Origin: Candidatus Peribacter riflensis
Lineage (GTDB): Bacteria > Patescibacteriota > Gracilibacteria > Peribacterales > Peribacteraceae
Assembly (NCBI GenBank): GCA_001430755.1
Contig: CP013062.1
Span: forward strand, 900,001 to 932,000
Direction of reading: 5' to 3'
Length of the DNA: 32,000 nucleotides
Every line of letters starts with the position of its first letter. Positions within the stretch are counted from its first letter, which is position 1. Shown piece after piece: positions 22,746 to 31,263 of the stretch. The notes under the pieces were generated by a model. The model was not told the origin of the DNA. It worked only from the letters and a program-made list of their open reading frames with translations, and made no database searches. The translations under genes were made by a program, and so were the position numbers.

Positions 22746-23953
22746 CACACAAGCCGGGAAGATTGCAAAATTCGCTCCATCCGCGCATCCCAGGCGACAT
22801 GGGCAATGAGGGTGCGGCGCTTCTCTTCGTTGATTCTGGGATGTGAGCATGCCTCTTCGATTGCCGCAGCCAGCGCAGGCGCATCGCCCGCCGGAAAGAA
22901 ATGGACGAGGGAGGGATCGATCACCCCCCGCAGCGGCGGCAGATCGGCACACACGGTCGGCTTGCCCGCAGCGAGGTACTCGAACACTTTTAAGGGAGAG
23001 GTGTCGCGCAGGAAGAACGGATGCAGCGAGGCGGGAGCGGGGTACACGCATACATCGGCAGCGGCGAGGATGGAAGGGACGCGGGCATTGGGGACCGGGC
23101 CCTCGAATCGCACATTCTCATCGCTCAGACCAAGTTGCCGGGCAATCGTCCGGTAGCGTTCCACCTGATCGCGCGGACCACCTATCACCCAGCAGAAGAT
23201 TCCCTCTCCTTCCTTACCTACCTTACCTACCTGACCTACCTTACCTTCCTTACTTCCCTCACCTCCCTTCAGAATCGCAACGGCTTCGAGCAATTCTCTC
23301 ACTCCTTTCTCAATCGTCCCCCGCGTGACGAGCGACCCCACGTACACCGCAATCCTACGATCGGGAGGCAGTTGCCATTCGCGACGCGCATCGGCCGATG
23401 ACAGAAGATGCGCAAAACGCTGCGGATCCACACCGTCGCCCTCTGTCACCACCTGCTCAGGATCGATCCCCCATGCGATGAGCGCATCGCGCATGGGAGT
23501 GGTGAGGCAGACAACGAGACGGCATTGACGGCATGTGCGAACGAATGCCGCAGTACGCAACGGAAGCGTGTGGAGCTCCAGAATCACAGGCATGCCGGTG
23601 GCGAGCAGAGAAGGCGCGAGCCGCGGCGAGCGCGTGTAGAGCAGATCCGCAGGATGCGAACGCAGAAATATGCGCAGAGCCCGCTCGTAGGAGCGCATCG
23701 TGAAGAAAAAAGCGAGCGGACCGGGGATCCACCGGGCGTTGAGTGCGTCGAACACGGGCAGGCGCGTCACGTCGAATGTTTGCTGCAGACCATAGTAGGA
23801 ACGCGGGTCTTTGCGCACCGTGCCGTGCACGTCAGGGGCCACGACCGTGACGGAGTGACCGAGCCGCGTCATCGCCGCACACACCTGCGCGATCTGGTGG
23901 CCGTGCGCTTTCTCGGTGGGGAAACGCGCCTGTGAAATATAGGTGATCCGCAT
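22745..23953 (-). CDS. GT4-family glycosyltransferase with an in-frame low-complexity linker insert
   Basis: MRITYISQARFPTEKAHGHQI at the N-terminus and the C-terminal SPLKVFEYLAAGKPTV (EX7E-like). ATG at 23953. Confidence 0.85.
   Translation of the reverse strand: MRITYISQARFPTEKAHGHQIAQVCAAMTRLGHSVTVVAPDVHGTVRKDPRSYYGLQQTFDVTRLPVFDALNARWIPGPLAFFFTMRSYERALRIFLRSHPADLLYTRSPRLAPSLLATGMPVILELHTLPLRTAAFVRTCRQCRLVVCLTTPMRDALIAWGIDPEQVVTEGDGVDPQRFAHLLSSADARREWQLPPDRRIAVYVGSLVTRGTIEKGVRELLEAVAILKGGEGSKEGKVGQVGKVGKEGEGIFCWVIGGPRDQVERYRTIARQLGLSDENVRFEGPVPNARVPSILAAADVCVYPAPASLHPFFLRDTSPLKVFEYLAAGKPTVCADLPPLRGVIDPSLVHFFPAGDAPALAAAIEEACSHPRINEEKRRTLIAHVAWDARMERILQSSRLV
23212..23265. repeat. Six tandem 9-bp repeats (consensus CCTTACCTA) inside the GT4 gene, in frame
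   Basis: ccttaccta ccttaccta cctgaccta ccttacctt ccttacttc cctcacctc. These encode EGKVGQVGKVGKEGEG. Confidence 0.75.
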
Positions 23954-23957
23954 GGAA

Positions 23958-24992
23958 TCAGAAGAGGTGCTCGACGGCATAGGCGAGAAAACGCGGGGCC
24001 GAGAGGAATTTTTCGAACGCGTAGCGCGCTGAAACCTGCATGGTGAACCAGCGCTGATCGGAACAGGTGGCCCAGAAATCCGCCACGATCTCGTCGATGC
24101 GCAGAAGATCGGCAATGTGAATCTGCAGAATAAAGGAGGAGTACTCGACGATGCCCTCGAGCGGCAGGCGCACATCGGTATTGAGTAGAATCGGCACGCG
24201 CCCGAGACTCAGCGCTTCGTAGAAGCGCAGCGAGTAGTTGCCGTCGCCCCGTATGCAGAGCACGAAATCGGAGGCCAGCATGTTTTCGATGTACTCGCGG
24301 CGCGCCAGAGCTGGATCGAGACGGATCGTCTTGGCATGTGCGGAGTGGCTGGAGCGCAGGAGGAAGTTTGTCTGGATGCACCTGCTCCGCGCGAGGGATG
24401 CGAGAGCGCGACGACGGAGCCAGAGCCCCTTGATGAAGGAGCGGCTCTGCGGGTAGCCGGAAAGAAGCGCCCAGGCCTCATGCGGCAGCGCCTGCAGAAA
24501 AGACCCGATGGCGTTCTTCGTATTCTTGTACTGCGCCCATCCGCAGAACCCGATGACGGGGGGCGCATCCGTCTTGTCACGAACAAAGAGGCCCTTCCCC
24601 TTCAGGTCCTCCGCATAGGCCGGCATGATGTGCTCGTCCTCGCGAAGCTTCGATTCGTACTGCGAGGTACGGAAGGCGATGGCATTGTCGAGTGCGACCG
24701 GACCCGTGCCGTCCCCGTGCCAGAAGGTGATGATGCGCTTGTTGTGCCGCGCGGCTGTCGTCTGGCACCGCTTCAGATACTCCGCGCGGTCCGCGACCGA
24801 CGGATAGTTGTGCGGAAGCAGGTGCACATCGGCACGCGCGGGATCCGTCTCGATCGCAATGAGAGGATCTTTGAGATCGCGGAACGCCTCTTTCTGGAAG
24901 AGTTGGCGTGTGGGCAGATCCTCTGGCAAGTTCGGCAGGAGGAGAGGAACCAAGGGGACCCCCGGCAGCCGCTCGAAGTAGACGCGCTTCAC
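23958..24992 (-). CDS. Exostosin-like (GT47-type) glycosyltransferase
   Basis: FVLCIRGDGNYSLRFYEALSLGRVPILLNTDVRLPLE matches the exostosin C-terminal pattern. GTG start. Confidence 0.7.
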   Translation of the reverse strand: MKRVYFERLPGVPLVPLLLPNLPEDLPTRQLFQKEAFRDLKDPLIAIETDPARADVHLLPHNYPSVADRAEYLKRCQTTAARHNKRIITFWHGDGTGPVALDNAIAFRTSQYESKLREDEHIMPAYAEDLKGKGLFVRDKTDAPPVIGFCGWAQYKNTKNAIGSFLQALPHEAWALLSGYPQSRSFIKGLWLRRRALASLARSRCIQTNFLLRSSHSAHAKTIRLDPALARREYIENMLASDFVLCIRGDGNYSLRFYEALSLGRVPILLNTDVRLPLEGIVEYSSFILQIHIADLLRIDEIVADFWATCSDQRWFTMQVSARYAFEKFLSAPRFLAYAVEHLF

Positions 24993-25049
24993 GTCGGCCA
25001 GTATAGGCTGGTGGAAAGCGGAAATCTCGCTTAGAAAGAGGAAATACCC

Positions 25050-25055
25050 TATGAT
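25050..25055 (+). promoter_or_regulatory. -10 box (TATGAT) 11 nt upstream of the ATG at 25067
   Basis: cccTATGATaaaactccatcATG, with no SD sequence in between. Confidence 0.3.
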
Positions 25056-25066
25056 AAAACTCCATC

Positions 25067-25702
25067 ATGAAAAGCTTCATCGACAAGTATTACCGCTACA
25101 TCCGGCCCCTGCGACCCCTCTACGGGTGGATCGTGGATACCAAAAGCAGACTGCACTGCTCGCAGAGAGCAGAGGAGTGGAAACAGAGAGGCTTTCGCGG
25201 CGCAAAACTGGATGTGTGCGGGGGGAGGAATCCCTACAACGAGCAGGAGTACCTCAATGTCGACATGGTCCCTTTTCCCAAAGTGGATTTGGCGTTCGAC
25301 ATCACGCAGCGTTTTCCCATCGAAGACGGGGTGATTGCAGAAGTGGTATCCGTCGCGACCTTGGAACACCTGCGCAGAGCCCAAGTGGATCACGTGCTCC
25401 GGGAATTTTTCCGCATCCTCGCACCGGGCGGGCTCCTCCAGGTCTCGACACCCGATGTCGAAGCGTTGGCCCGCGCCATTCTGGACCATGAAAATATCGA
25501 GCTCGTGAACCAGTACCTGTTCGGCAAGTTCAAATCTGATGCGACCGAACGTGAAGACCTGCACAAGTGGTTCTACCCCGCCGGCCAGATGATCGGGCTG
25601 CTGCAGAGCATCGGATTTGTTTCTGTGCGACAGGTTCCCATGACCATCTCCCTGCACGACCCGCGCCTGAATTACCTCATCGAGGCCGTGAAACCTTCGT
25701 AG
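25067..25702 (+). CDS. Class I SAM-dependent methyltransferase (Methyltransf_11-like)
   Basis: KLDVCGG (degenerate motif I), VVSVATLEHL and RILAPGGLLQVSTPD. Confidence 0.75.
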   Translation: MKSFIDKYYRYIRPLRPLYGWIVDTKSRLHCSQRAEEWKQRGFRGAKLDVCGGRNPYNEQEYLNVDMVPFPKVDLAFDITQRFPIEDGVIAEVVSVATLEHLRRAQVDHVLREFFRILAPGGLLQVSTPDVEALARAILDHENIELVNQYLFGKFKSDATEREDLHKWFYPAGQMIGLLQSIGFVSVRQVPMTISLHDPRLNYLIEAVKPS

Positions 25703-26015
25703 GCGTACAGCTTTCCCCTGCTTTCCCATCCCGCGCTCGTACGACCAGCTCCTCGGCCCCGCCTTCAAATGGAACAGCCTCCGCTTCGCTGTCCGGACCG
25801 CATTGCCAACTCTCTGGTACTACATAACTCGCCCTGCTCTGCCTCCATCTGGCGAACCGGTTCCAATCACTAAAATCCCTGCAATGGAACAACCGCGCGA
25901 AGCGCTGGGTGGCTCTGCCGGGACCCAGCGCTGGAGCGCAACCACTCAGGGAAAGGATGGTGCGTGGAAGGAAAACCGCAGGTTGTCCTTCCACGAAAAA
26001 CCGGCCCTGTGCACG

Positions 26016-26897
26016 ATGAATATTTTGCCGCCCATGATGACGGTGTGGTACCACTTTGCGAAGAAGAATATCGGTGACGGAGCGGACATCGCGATCTTTG
26101 ATTGCACAGGCAGGCTCGATCCGAAGGAATTTCCAGATGCGCGCGTACTGCCCTTTCTCAATTTTTACGCGGCAACGAAGGGGAATGAATTCATCCGGCA
26201 CATTGCGCGAAACCGCCGCATCGCCTGGATCTGCGATGACGACATGTTTCTGATGAGCGATACATGCCTGCACATCCTCCAACGGGAATTTGCCGTGTCC
26301 GGCACGGCCTCCGTGAGTTTTCGGCCGCGTGAGTGGTGGGAATTCGATTTTGACGGAAAGCGCGTCCAGCCAAGCAGCAGCTACTGCCTCGCCGTCGACC
26401 GCGAGATCTTCATGCATGAGAAACTATCGCTCTCACCGGCACCGGATAACCCGCATCCAGCCCTCCTCACCCGTCCCCCGCGCCGCTACGACACTTTCGA
26501 CAAAGCTAATGAAATTCTTCTCAAGAAAAACTACCGCTGCGCGATCGTATCCCCCAAGGAACGCCAAAAGTGCGTCGCGGAATTCAGCGGACTCAGCGGA
26601 GCCGTCATGCTCCTGTACCACTTCAGAAGCCCGCAACAAACACTGGGCTACTTCCGCTCGGCTCCGCCTGATCGCTGGAGCGGGAACCTGCTCTTCGGGC
26701 TCATGAGCGCCATGCTTTCGGTCTGCACGATTCAGGATCTGTACGCAAAACTGAAAGGCCGTCCCTATCCGCTCCCTTCTCTGCCAAAACGCAACGAGCT
26801 GCTGCAGATCGTGGAGGAGCGCCGTCCGTTCATCCGCCCTGACCAGACGCTGGAGGCAGTGGAAAAAACGAGTGCCCGGTTGCACGCGGCGTTATGA
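26016..26897 (+). CDS. Hypothetical protein, possibly a GT-A-like glycosyltransferase; start uncertain (26016 or 25884)
   Basis: DIAIFDCTG and WICDDDMF (DxD-like) in the N-terminal half. The context is a glycan cluster. The call is weak. Confidence 0.45.
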   Translation: MNILPPMMTVWYHFAKKNIGDGADIAIFDCTGRLDPKEFPDARVLPFLNFYAATKGNEFIRHIARNRRIAWICDDDMFLMSDTCLHILQREFAVSGTASVSFRPREWWEFDFDGKRVQPSSSYCLAVDREIFMHEKLSLSPAPDNPHPALLTRPPRRYDTFDKANEILLKKNYRCAIVSPKERQKCVAEFSGLSGAVMLLYHFRSPQQTLGYFRSAPPDRWSGNLLFGLMSAMLSVCTIQDLYAKLKGRPYPLPSLPKRNELLQIVEERRPFIRPDQTLEAVEKTSARLHAAL

Positions 26898-26932
26898 AAC
26901 GAACGACGCTGCGCACGCGATACTCCCGCATA

Positions 26933-27433
26933 TTATTTTACAGAGAGATCCATCCCCAAGAGTTTCCACGCGTCGCCTTCGCGCGCGTACTTCAAGTTGA
27001 AAAGCATCTTCGTCGCCTCGATACGGTAGAACCCCTGCAAAGTCAGAATGTTTTTCTCGTCGATGGAAGGCTGTGCATTGAACGTGGGCAAGCCGGATGT
27101 GATGGACTTCTGCACCTCGCGGCCGAAGGGCATGAACCCCGCGAAAGCCTGTGCGATTTTTTCGGGCGTGGTCTGCCTCTGCCAGATAGCGGAAATATTG
27201 CCGTAGAAGCCTGCGAAGTCTTTCTGGGTGAGCGCGCGGGCAAAATCCCCCATCGTCCTGTTGACGAGCGCCGTCTCTTCCTCGCGACTGGGAAGCGGCA
27301 GAGCGCCCTGCGCAGACGGGCTCTGCGCCTGCTGCCCTGAAAGGCTGAACCAGCCACTCCATACCGCAATACCAACACTCACGATTGCAACGAGGACAAC
27401 GACCGGCAGGATGATCTTCCAGTGGCGGAACAT
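26933..27433 (-). CDS. Membrane-anchored hypothetical protein (166 aa)
   Basis: N-terminal TM segment (IILPVVVLVAIVSVGIAVW) followed by a soluble domain. Last gene of the minus-strand glycan operon. Confidence 0.6.
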   Translation of the reverse strand: MFRHWKIILPVVVLVAIVSVGIAVWSGWFSLSGQQAQSPSAQGALPLPSREEETALVNRTMGDFARALTQKDFAGFYGNISAIWQRQTTPEKIAQAFAGFMPFGREVQKSITSGLPTFNAQPSIDEKNILTLQGFYRIEATKMLFNLKYAREGDAWKLLGMDLSVK

Positions 27434-27462
27434 TCAAGGGGAGAGGAAAAGCAGACCCAGAT

Positions 27463-28854
27463 TCACCGCGGGCACTCCCGCAAAAGCACCATAGTCCTCG
27501 GCATACTCTGTGTCACAAATAAGGGAACGAAATCCGTCTCGCCCTGCTCGATCTCGTAGGCGGGGCATCCCTCCGTAAGATCGCGCACAACGGTGAGATC
27601 CGGACGGAACACCGTAGTCTTCCAGGTGTGGTAATTCGGCTCCCTCACGAAAACGAAGGCTCCCTGCGGCGCGTGCGCATTGATGTAATCGCGTGCGACG
27701 GAAATGCCATAGAGACCTTCGGGGGAGAGGTGCAGATCCGCCGGAAAATGACCGATCGTCCGATCTGCCCAGGCGTTGCACGCCCCGTACGAATAGAGAC
27801 AGAGCGCACCGGCATTCAATACGACGATCAGAATCCCGATAATAACAAGCAGCACCCGTTCCCGGGTGCGGTGGCATCGAAACAAATCTATGACCCCCAT
27901 CGCCCCGAACCCGAGAAAGATGGGATACGCGGGGAACGCGAAGCGAATGCCTCGCACCCACCACAGGAGTGCGAGTGCGCCCACTGCCGTCATGCCAAGG
28001 AGAAGCAGCGGCTGCCGGCGGCCATGCCGGATCACGCCCCAGAGCCCCAGGAGGAACAGCACCGGAAGCACATTATGAAAAGGGCCGATGTAGTACAGCA
28101 CGTTGCGGAAAAGCAGGAACCAGATGGAACGGACTTCCGACCGGTACTCGATGCTGTACGCCGTGTGGAACGGGTTGCCGAAGACGAACGCATTGCGCAG
28201 GAACCACAGACCGAAGAGCGCTGCGGCGAACGTCATCCCCGCCCAGAACCACGAAGAGCGCAAATGCTGCGGACGCCTGAAGAATACGAACAGGGGGTAG
28301 AGAGCATAGAGCAGTACGCCGTTGTAACGCGTGAGGGAGGCCAGCCCCAGCAGGATCCCCGCGAGCACATACAGGCGCGGACGCTCCCCTGCAGCGATGA
28401 ATGCGGCCAGCGAGCCCAAGAAGAGAGACGTGAACAGCAGATCGGCGGATCCCATCTGCATCATGAGCACAAATCCGTGGTGAAAGAGGACGAAGACAAC
28501 CGCAAGGAGTGCTGTGCTGCGCGAGAACGCGCGCTTCAGGAGGATGTAGGTCGTGAGCAGAACCCCCATCGCGGCGAGCAGCGTCGAAATTTTCATGCCC
28601 ACCTGCGCAGAAGTGAGCCACACGAAGGGATATGAAACAAACGCGTGCAACGGCAGATGTTTGGCATACGGAACGCCGTCGAAGACATACGTCCCATGAC
28701 GCCATAAGCTTTCGCCGAGAAGCGCGTACATCGTCGTATCACTCATGATGGGGAGCTTCAGCCCCGGCAGCCAGAGAAGAACAAGCACAGCCGCAATGAC
28801 TGTGCCCATCGCCAGCCGCGCCATCGGCCATCGACAATCAGTCTTCATGATCAT
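27463..28854 (-). CDS. GT-C fold glycosyltransferase (family 39/83, ArnT/PMT-like)
   Basis: Polytopic protein with an N-terminal loop (IMSDTTMYALLGESL..GTY) and many TM segments. ATGA overlap with the upstream GT2 gene. Confidence 0.8.
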   Translation of the reverse strand: MIMKTDCRWPMARLAMGTVIAAVLVLLWLPGLKLPIMSDTTMYALLGESLWRHGTYVFDGVPYAKHLPLHAFVSYPFVWLTSAQVGMKISTLLAAMGVLLTTYILLKRAFSRSTALLAVVFVLFHHGFVLMMQMGSADLLFTSLFLGSLAAFIAAGERPRLYVLAGILLGLASLTRYNGVLLYALYPLFVFFRRPQHLRSSWFWAGMTFAAALFGLWFLRNAFVFGNPFHTAYSIEYRSEVRSIWFLLFRNVLYYIGPFHNVLPVLFLLGLWGVIRHGRRQPLLLLGMTAVGALALLWWVRGIRFAFPAYPIFLGFGAMGVIDLFRCHRTRERVLLVIIGILIVVLNAGALCLYSYGACNAWADRTIGHFPADLHLSPEGLYGISVARDYINAHAPQGAFVFVREPNYHTWKTTVFRPDLTVVRDLTEGCPAYEIEQGETDFVPLFVTQSMPRTMVLLRECPR

Positions 28855-29645
28855 GATGGTAACGCATCCCGATCTGCGATGGAGCCGCCAGCGAGATGCC
28901 TGATACGAAGCCCCCAGAGCCGCAGGATCATTGCAAGGTACTTAAGACCGCGCTTGAAGAGCACACGCAGGTTCGGTGCGGTCTTGGATTCCCCCGTCCT
29001 GCGCACCGCATTGATGTACGGAATCTCGACGAAGGAGAACCGGAGCCACATGGCCCGCATGATGAGATCCATGAAGTACTCGCCGTAGTCGCCCGTAAGC
29101 CGGATGGAGCGAAAGACTTCCCGCCGCACGGCAATGAAGCCGCTCGTGTAGTCGCGAAAGCGCGGCGTGAGCGCGATGCGGAGCACAAGATTGAGGCCCC
29201 GGCTGAGCACCGTGGCAAGAAAGGATTCGTTGGGGGAAGAGAGCGTTCCCTGTTTTGCGCTTCCGCCTGTGACGAAACGCGATCCCACTGCAATGTCGAA
29301 TCCCTCGCGGATCTTTTGCAGGAGCTCCGGGATCTTTGCGGGAGGCATCGAAAAATCACAATCCATCCAGACGATCGTGTCTCCGTGGGCGAGCTCGATG
29401 CCGCGCCACAGACTCTTCGTAAGCCCGCGATCCGCCATGCGCGTTTCGAGACGCACCCCGGGAAGGCGGCCGGAAGCGATGACCTCCTGAACCAGCTGCG
29501 ACGTGCCATCCGGGGAATGATCGTCCACCACGATGATCTCGTGCGGGAGGGTGATCGCACGATCAATCGCCTCGATGAGCGGAACGATATTTCCTGCTTC
29601 GTTGTAGGTGGGCAGGATGATGGAGACGAGGGCGATATCAGACAT
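28851..29645 (-). CDS. GT2 polyprenyl-phosphate glycosyltransferase (ArnC / DPM1-like); the alternative ATG at 29657 is equally possible
   Basis: VSIILPTYNEAGNI, IIVVDDHSPDGT, MDCDFSMPP, GSRF and a C-terminal amphipathic or TM region. Confidence 0.85.
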   Translation of the reverse strand: MSDIALVSIILPTYNEAGNIVPLIEAIDRAITLPHEIIVVDDHSPDGTSQLVQEVIASGRLPGVRLETRMADRGLTKSLWRGIELAHGDTIVWMDCDFSMPPAKIPELLQKIREGFDIAVGSRFVTGGSAKQGTLSSPNESFLATVLSRGLNLVLRIALTPRFRDYTSGFIAVRREVFRSIRLTGDYGEYFMDLIMRAMWLRFSFVEIPYINAVRRTGESKTAPNLRVLFKRGLKYLAMILRLWGLRIRHLAGGSIADRDALPS

Positions 29646-30750
29646 GAGCAATATCATGAATGGCGGAGATCACTGCAGCGATCTGCTCTTCGGTGAGCGC
29701 GAGCCCGGAGGGGAGGTAGAGCCCCCGCTCTGCGATATCTTCCGTCACGGGGAACGGACCCTGTTCAATCCCAAGAGCACGCATCGCCGGCTGCGCGGCG
29801 CAGGAGGTGAAAAAATCACGCGTGTCGATGCCGCGTTTTTTCAGTGCTGCCCTGAAGGCGTCGCGCGTCATGCCAAAGGAATCTTCCACGAGTACGGCGT
29901 ACATCCAGTACACGTTCTTCGCCCATTCCCGCGTGACGGGAAGACGCAAACCCGGAATATCCTTGAGCCCCTCTGCATAGCGCTCTGCCATCCACTGTTT
30001 CTTCTGTAGAAATTCGGCAATGTGCTGCATCTGCCCCAGACCCAAGGCCGCCTGCAGGTTCGTCATGCGGTAGTTGAATCCGACTGTCTCGTGCACGAAG
30101 CGTTTCTTCGGGGAATGGGCGAGGTCTTTGAGGGAGCGAACGCGCGCCGCAATGGCATCGTCATCGGTGACCACCATGCCCCCCTCCCCCGTCGTGATGA
30201 TCTTGTTACCATAGAAGCTGAAGGCATTCACCGTGCCCATCGTGCCGCAGAGCCGATTCTTGTACGCGGCACCGTGCGCTTCGGCGGCGTCTTCAACGAC
30301 GGCGATATTCCGCTCGCGCGCGAGGGCGAGGATCGGATCCATATCGGCGGGGTGCCCGTAGATATGCACGGGCATGATCGCCTTTGTGCGCGGCGTAATC
30401 AGGGCAACGAGCTTGAATGGATCGAGAGTGAACGTCTCGGGATCACAATCGACAAAGACCGGTCGCGCTCCGGTGTGGAGCACCGCGAATGCCGAGGCGA
30501 TCATGGTGAAATCCGGCACGATCACCTCGTCGCCCGGACCGATCTCCAGTGCCGCGAGAGAAAGATGGAGCGCCGCCGTGCCACTGGTCGCCGTGATCGC
30601 ATGTTTGACTCCTAAATAACGGGCGAATACCTCTTCGAACTCCTGAATGTACCTGCCTGCGGATGACACCCACCCCGTGTCGAGTGCATCGAGCACGTAC
30701 TGCTTGGCCTCGGCCGGGATGACCGGCTCATTCACGGGAACGGTCATCAT
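29638..30750 (-). CDS. DegT/DnrJ/EryC1/StrS-family sugar aminotransferase (ArnB-like)
   Basis: FEEVFARYLGVKHAITATSGTAALHL, VIVPDFTMIASA, AFSFYGNKIITTGEGGMV (PLP lysine context) and GFNYRMTNLQAALG. Confidence 0.9.
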   Translation of the reverse strand: MMTVPVNEPVIPAEAKQYVLDALDTGWVSSAGRYIQEFEEVFARYLGVKHAITATSGTAALHLSLAALEIGPGDEVIVPDFTMIASAFAVLHTGARPVFVDCDPETFTLDPFKLVALITPRTKAIMPVHIYGHPADMDPILALARERNIAVVEDAAEAHGAAYKNRLCGTMGTVNAFSFYGNKIITTGEGGMVVTDDDAIAARVRSLKDLAHSPKKRFVHETVGFNYRMTNLQAALGLGQMQHIAEFLQKKQWMAERYAEGLKDIPGLRLPVTREWAKNVYWMYAVLVEDSFGMTRDAFRAALKKRGIDTRDFFTSCAAQPAMRALGIEQGPFPVTEDIAERGLYLPSGLALTEEQIAAVISAIHDIAHV

Positions 30751-31160
30751 GAGACGTCACGGAAAACTTTTGCCTGCGCGTCACCGGGGTACGGACCCTG
30801 CTTCACCTCGATGAAGCGCGTCGGTTTGAGCATCGAAACGGTGTGACCGCCCGCGAGAAAGAGCATGCAATCACCGTCAGAGAACGCCTCTTCGGCGACG
30901 ACATTCCAAGCATCATCGAAGATGGTGACTTTCATCTCGCCACGCTCGATGTAGAGGAACTCCGCCGCCTGGCGGGATTCCACCGTGATGCCCGGGTGCC
31001 GATGGGGCCGGACACTGTGTCCGGCGGGGCGCTCGAACATGCCAAATTGAAAGGCATCGTTCTGCGAGGTGAAGAACTGCGAGGTATCGATACTAATGCC
31101 CTTGCGCACGAAGATGGCAAGCGTGCGTCCCTGGCTCTGGACAATGCGGAGCGGATCCAT
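30747..31160 (-). CDS. Cupin-fold protein (137 aa), possibly a sugar-nucleotide isomerase or WbuC-like
   Basis: Cupin motif 1 is GHSVRPHRH...E....G, and motif 2 is around GDCMLFLAGGH. ATG at 31160. The longer track ORF overlaps the divergent promoter region. Confidence 0.65.
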   Translation of the reverse strand: MDPLRIVQSQGRTLAIFVRKGISIDTSQFFTSQNDAFQFGMFERPAGHSVRPHRHPGITVESRQAAEFLYIERGEMKVTIFDDAWNVVAEEAFSDGDCMLFLAGGHTVSMLKPTRFIEVKQGPYPGDAQAKVFRDVS

Positions 31161-31263
31161 GCCCGCATTGTACTGCAAAGTATGCGAGGCAAGCGGAAAA
31201 AATCGGCTCCGGATTGCCGGATCCCGCCGGCTCTGACAAGCTAGGGCATACTCAATACTGCCC

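Noticed and set aside
23201-23270. Short tandem repeats (here and at 2178, 2636 and 9307) as a possible CRISPR array
   Set aside because: The units are 6-9 bp, contiguous and without spacers. Two of them are in-frame coding sequence. No cas genes are present.
22745-24175. Long 5' extensions of several track ORFs (22745..24175, 21909..23051, 4610..6580, 30747..31493, 8998..9267)
   Set aside because: The extensions overlap the upstream gene and are Arg/Ser/Pro/Cys-rich. Each has an internal ATG that sits at or next to the upstream gene's stop codon (or clear of the divergent region at 31160) and yields the conserved family N-terminus.
25901-25932. 9-bp GC-rich hairpin AGCGCTGGG...CCCAGCGCT between the methyltransferase and the orphan GT-A-like gene
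   Set aside because: No U-tract follows it. It may lie inside an alternative N-terminal extension (ATG at 25884). A stem of this size is not unusual in GC-rich sequence.
27628-28635. 335-aa plus-strand ORF
   Set aside because: It is antisense to the GT39-like membrane protein. Its hydrophilic Arg/Glu/His-rich translation has no signature.
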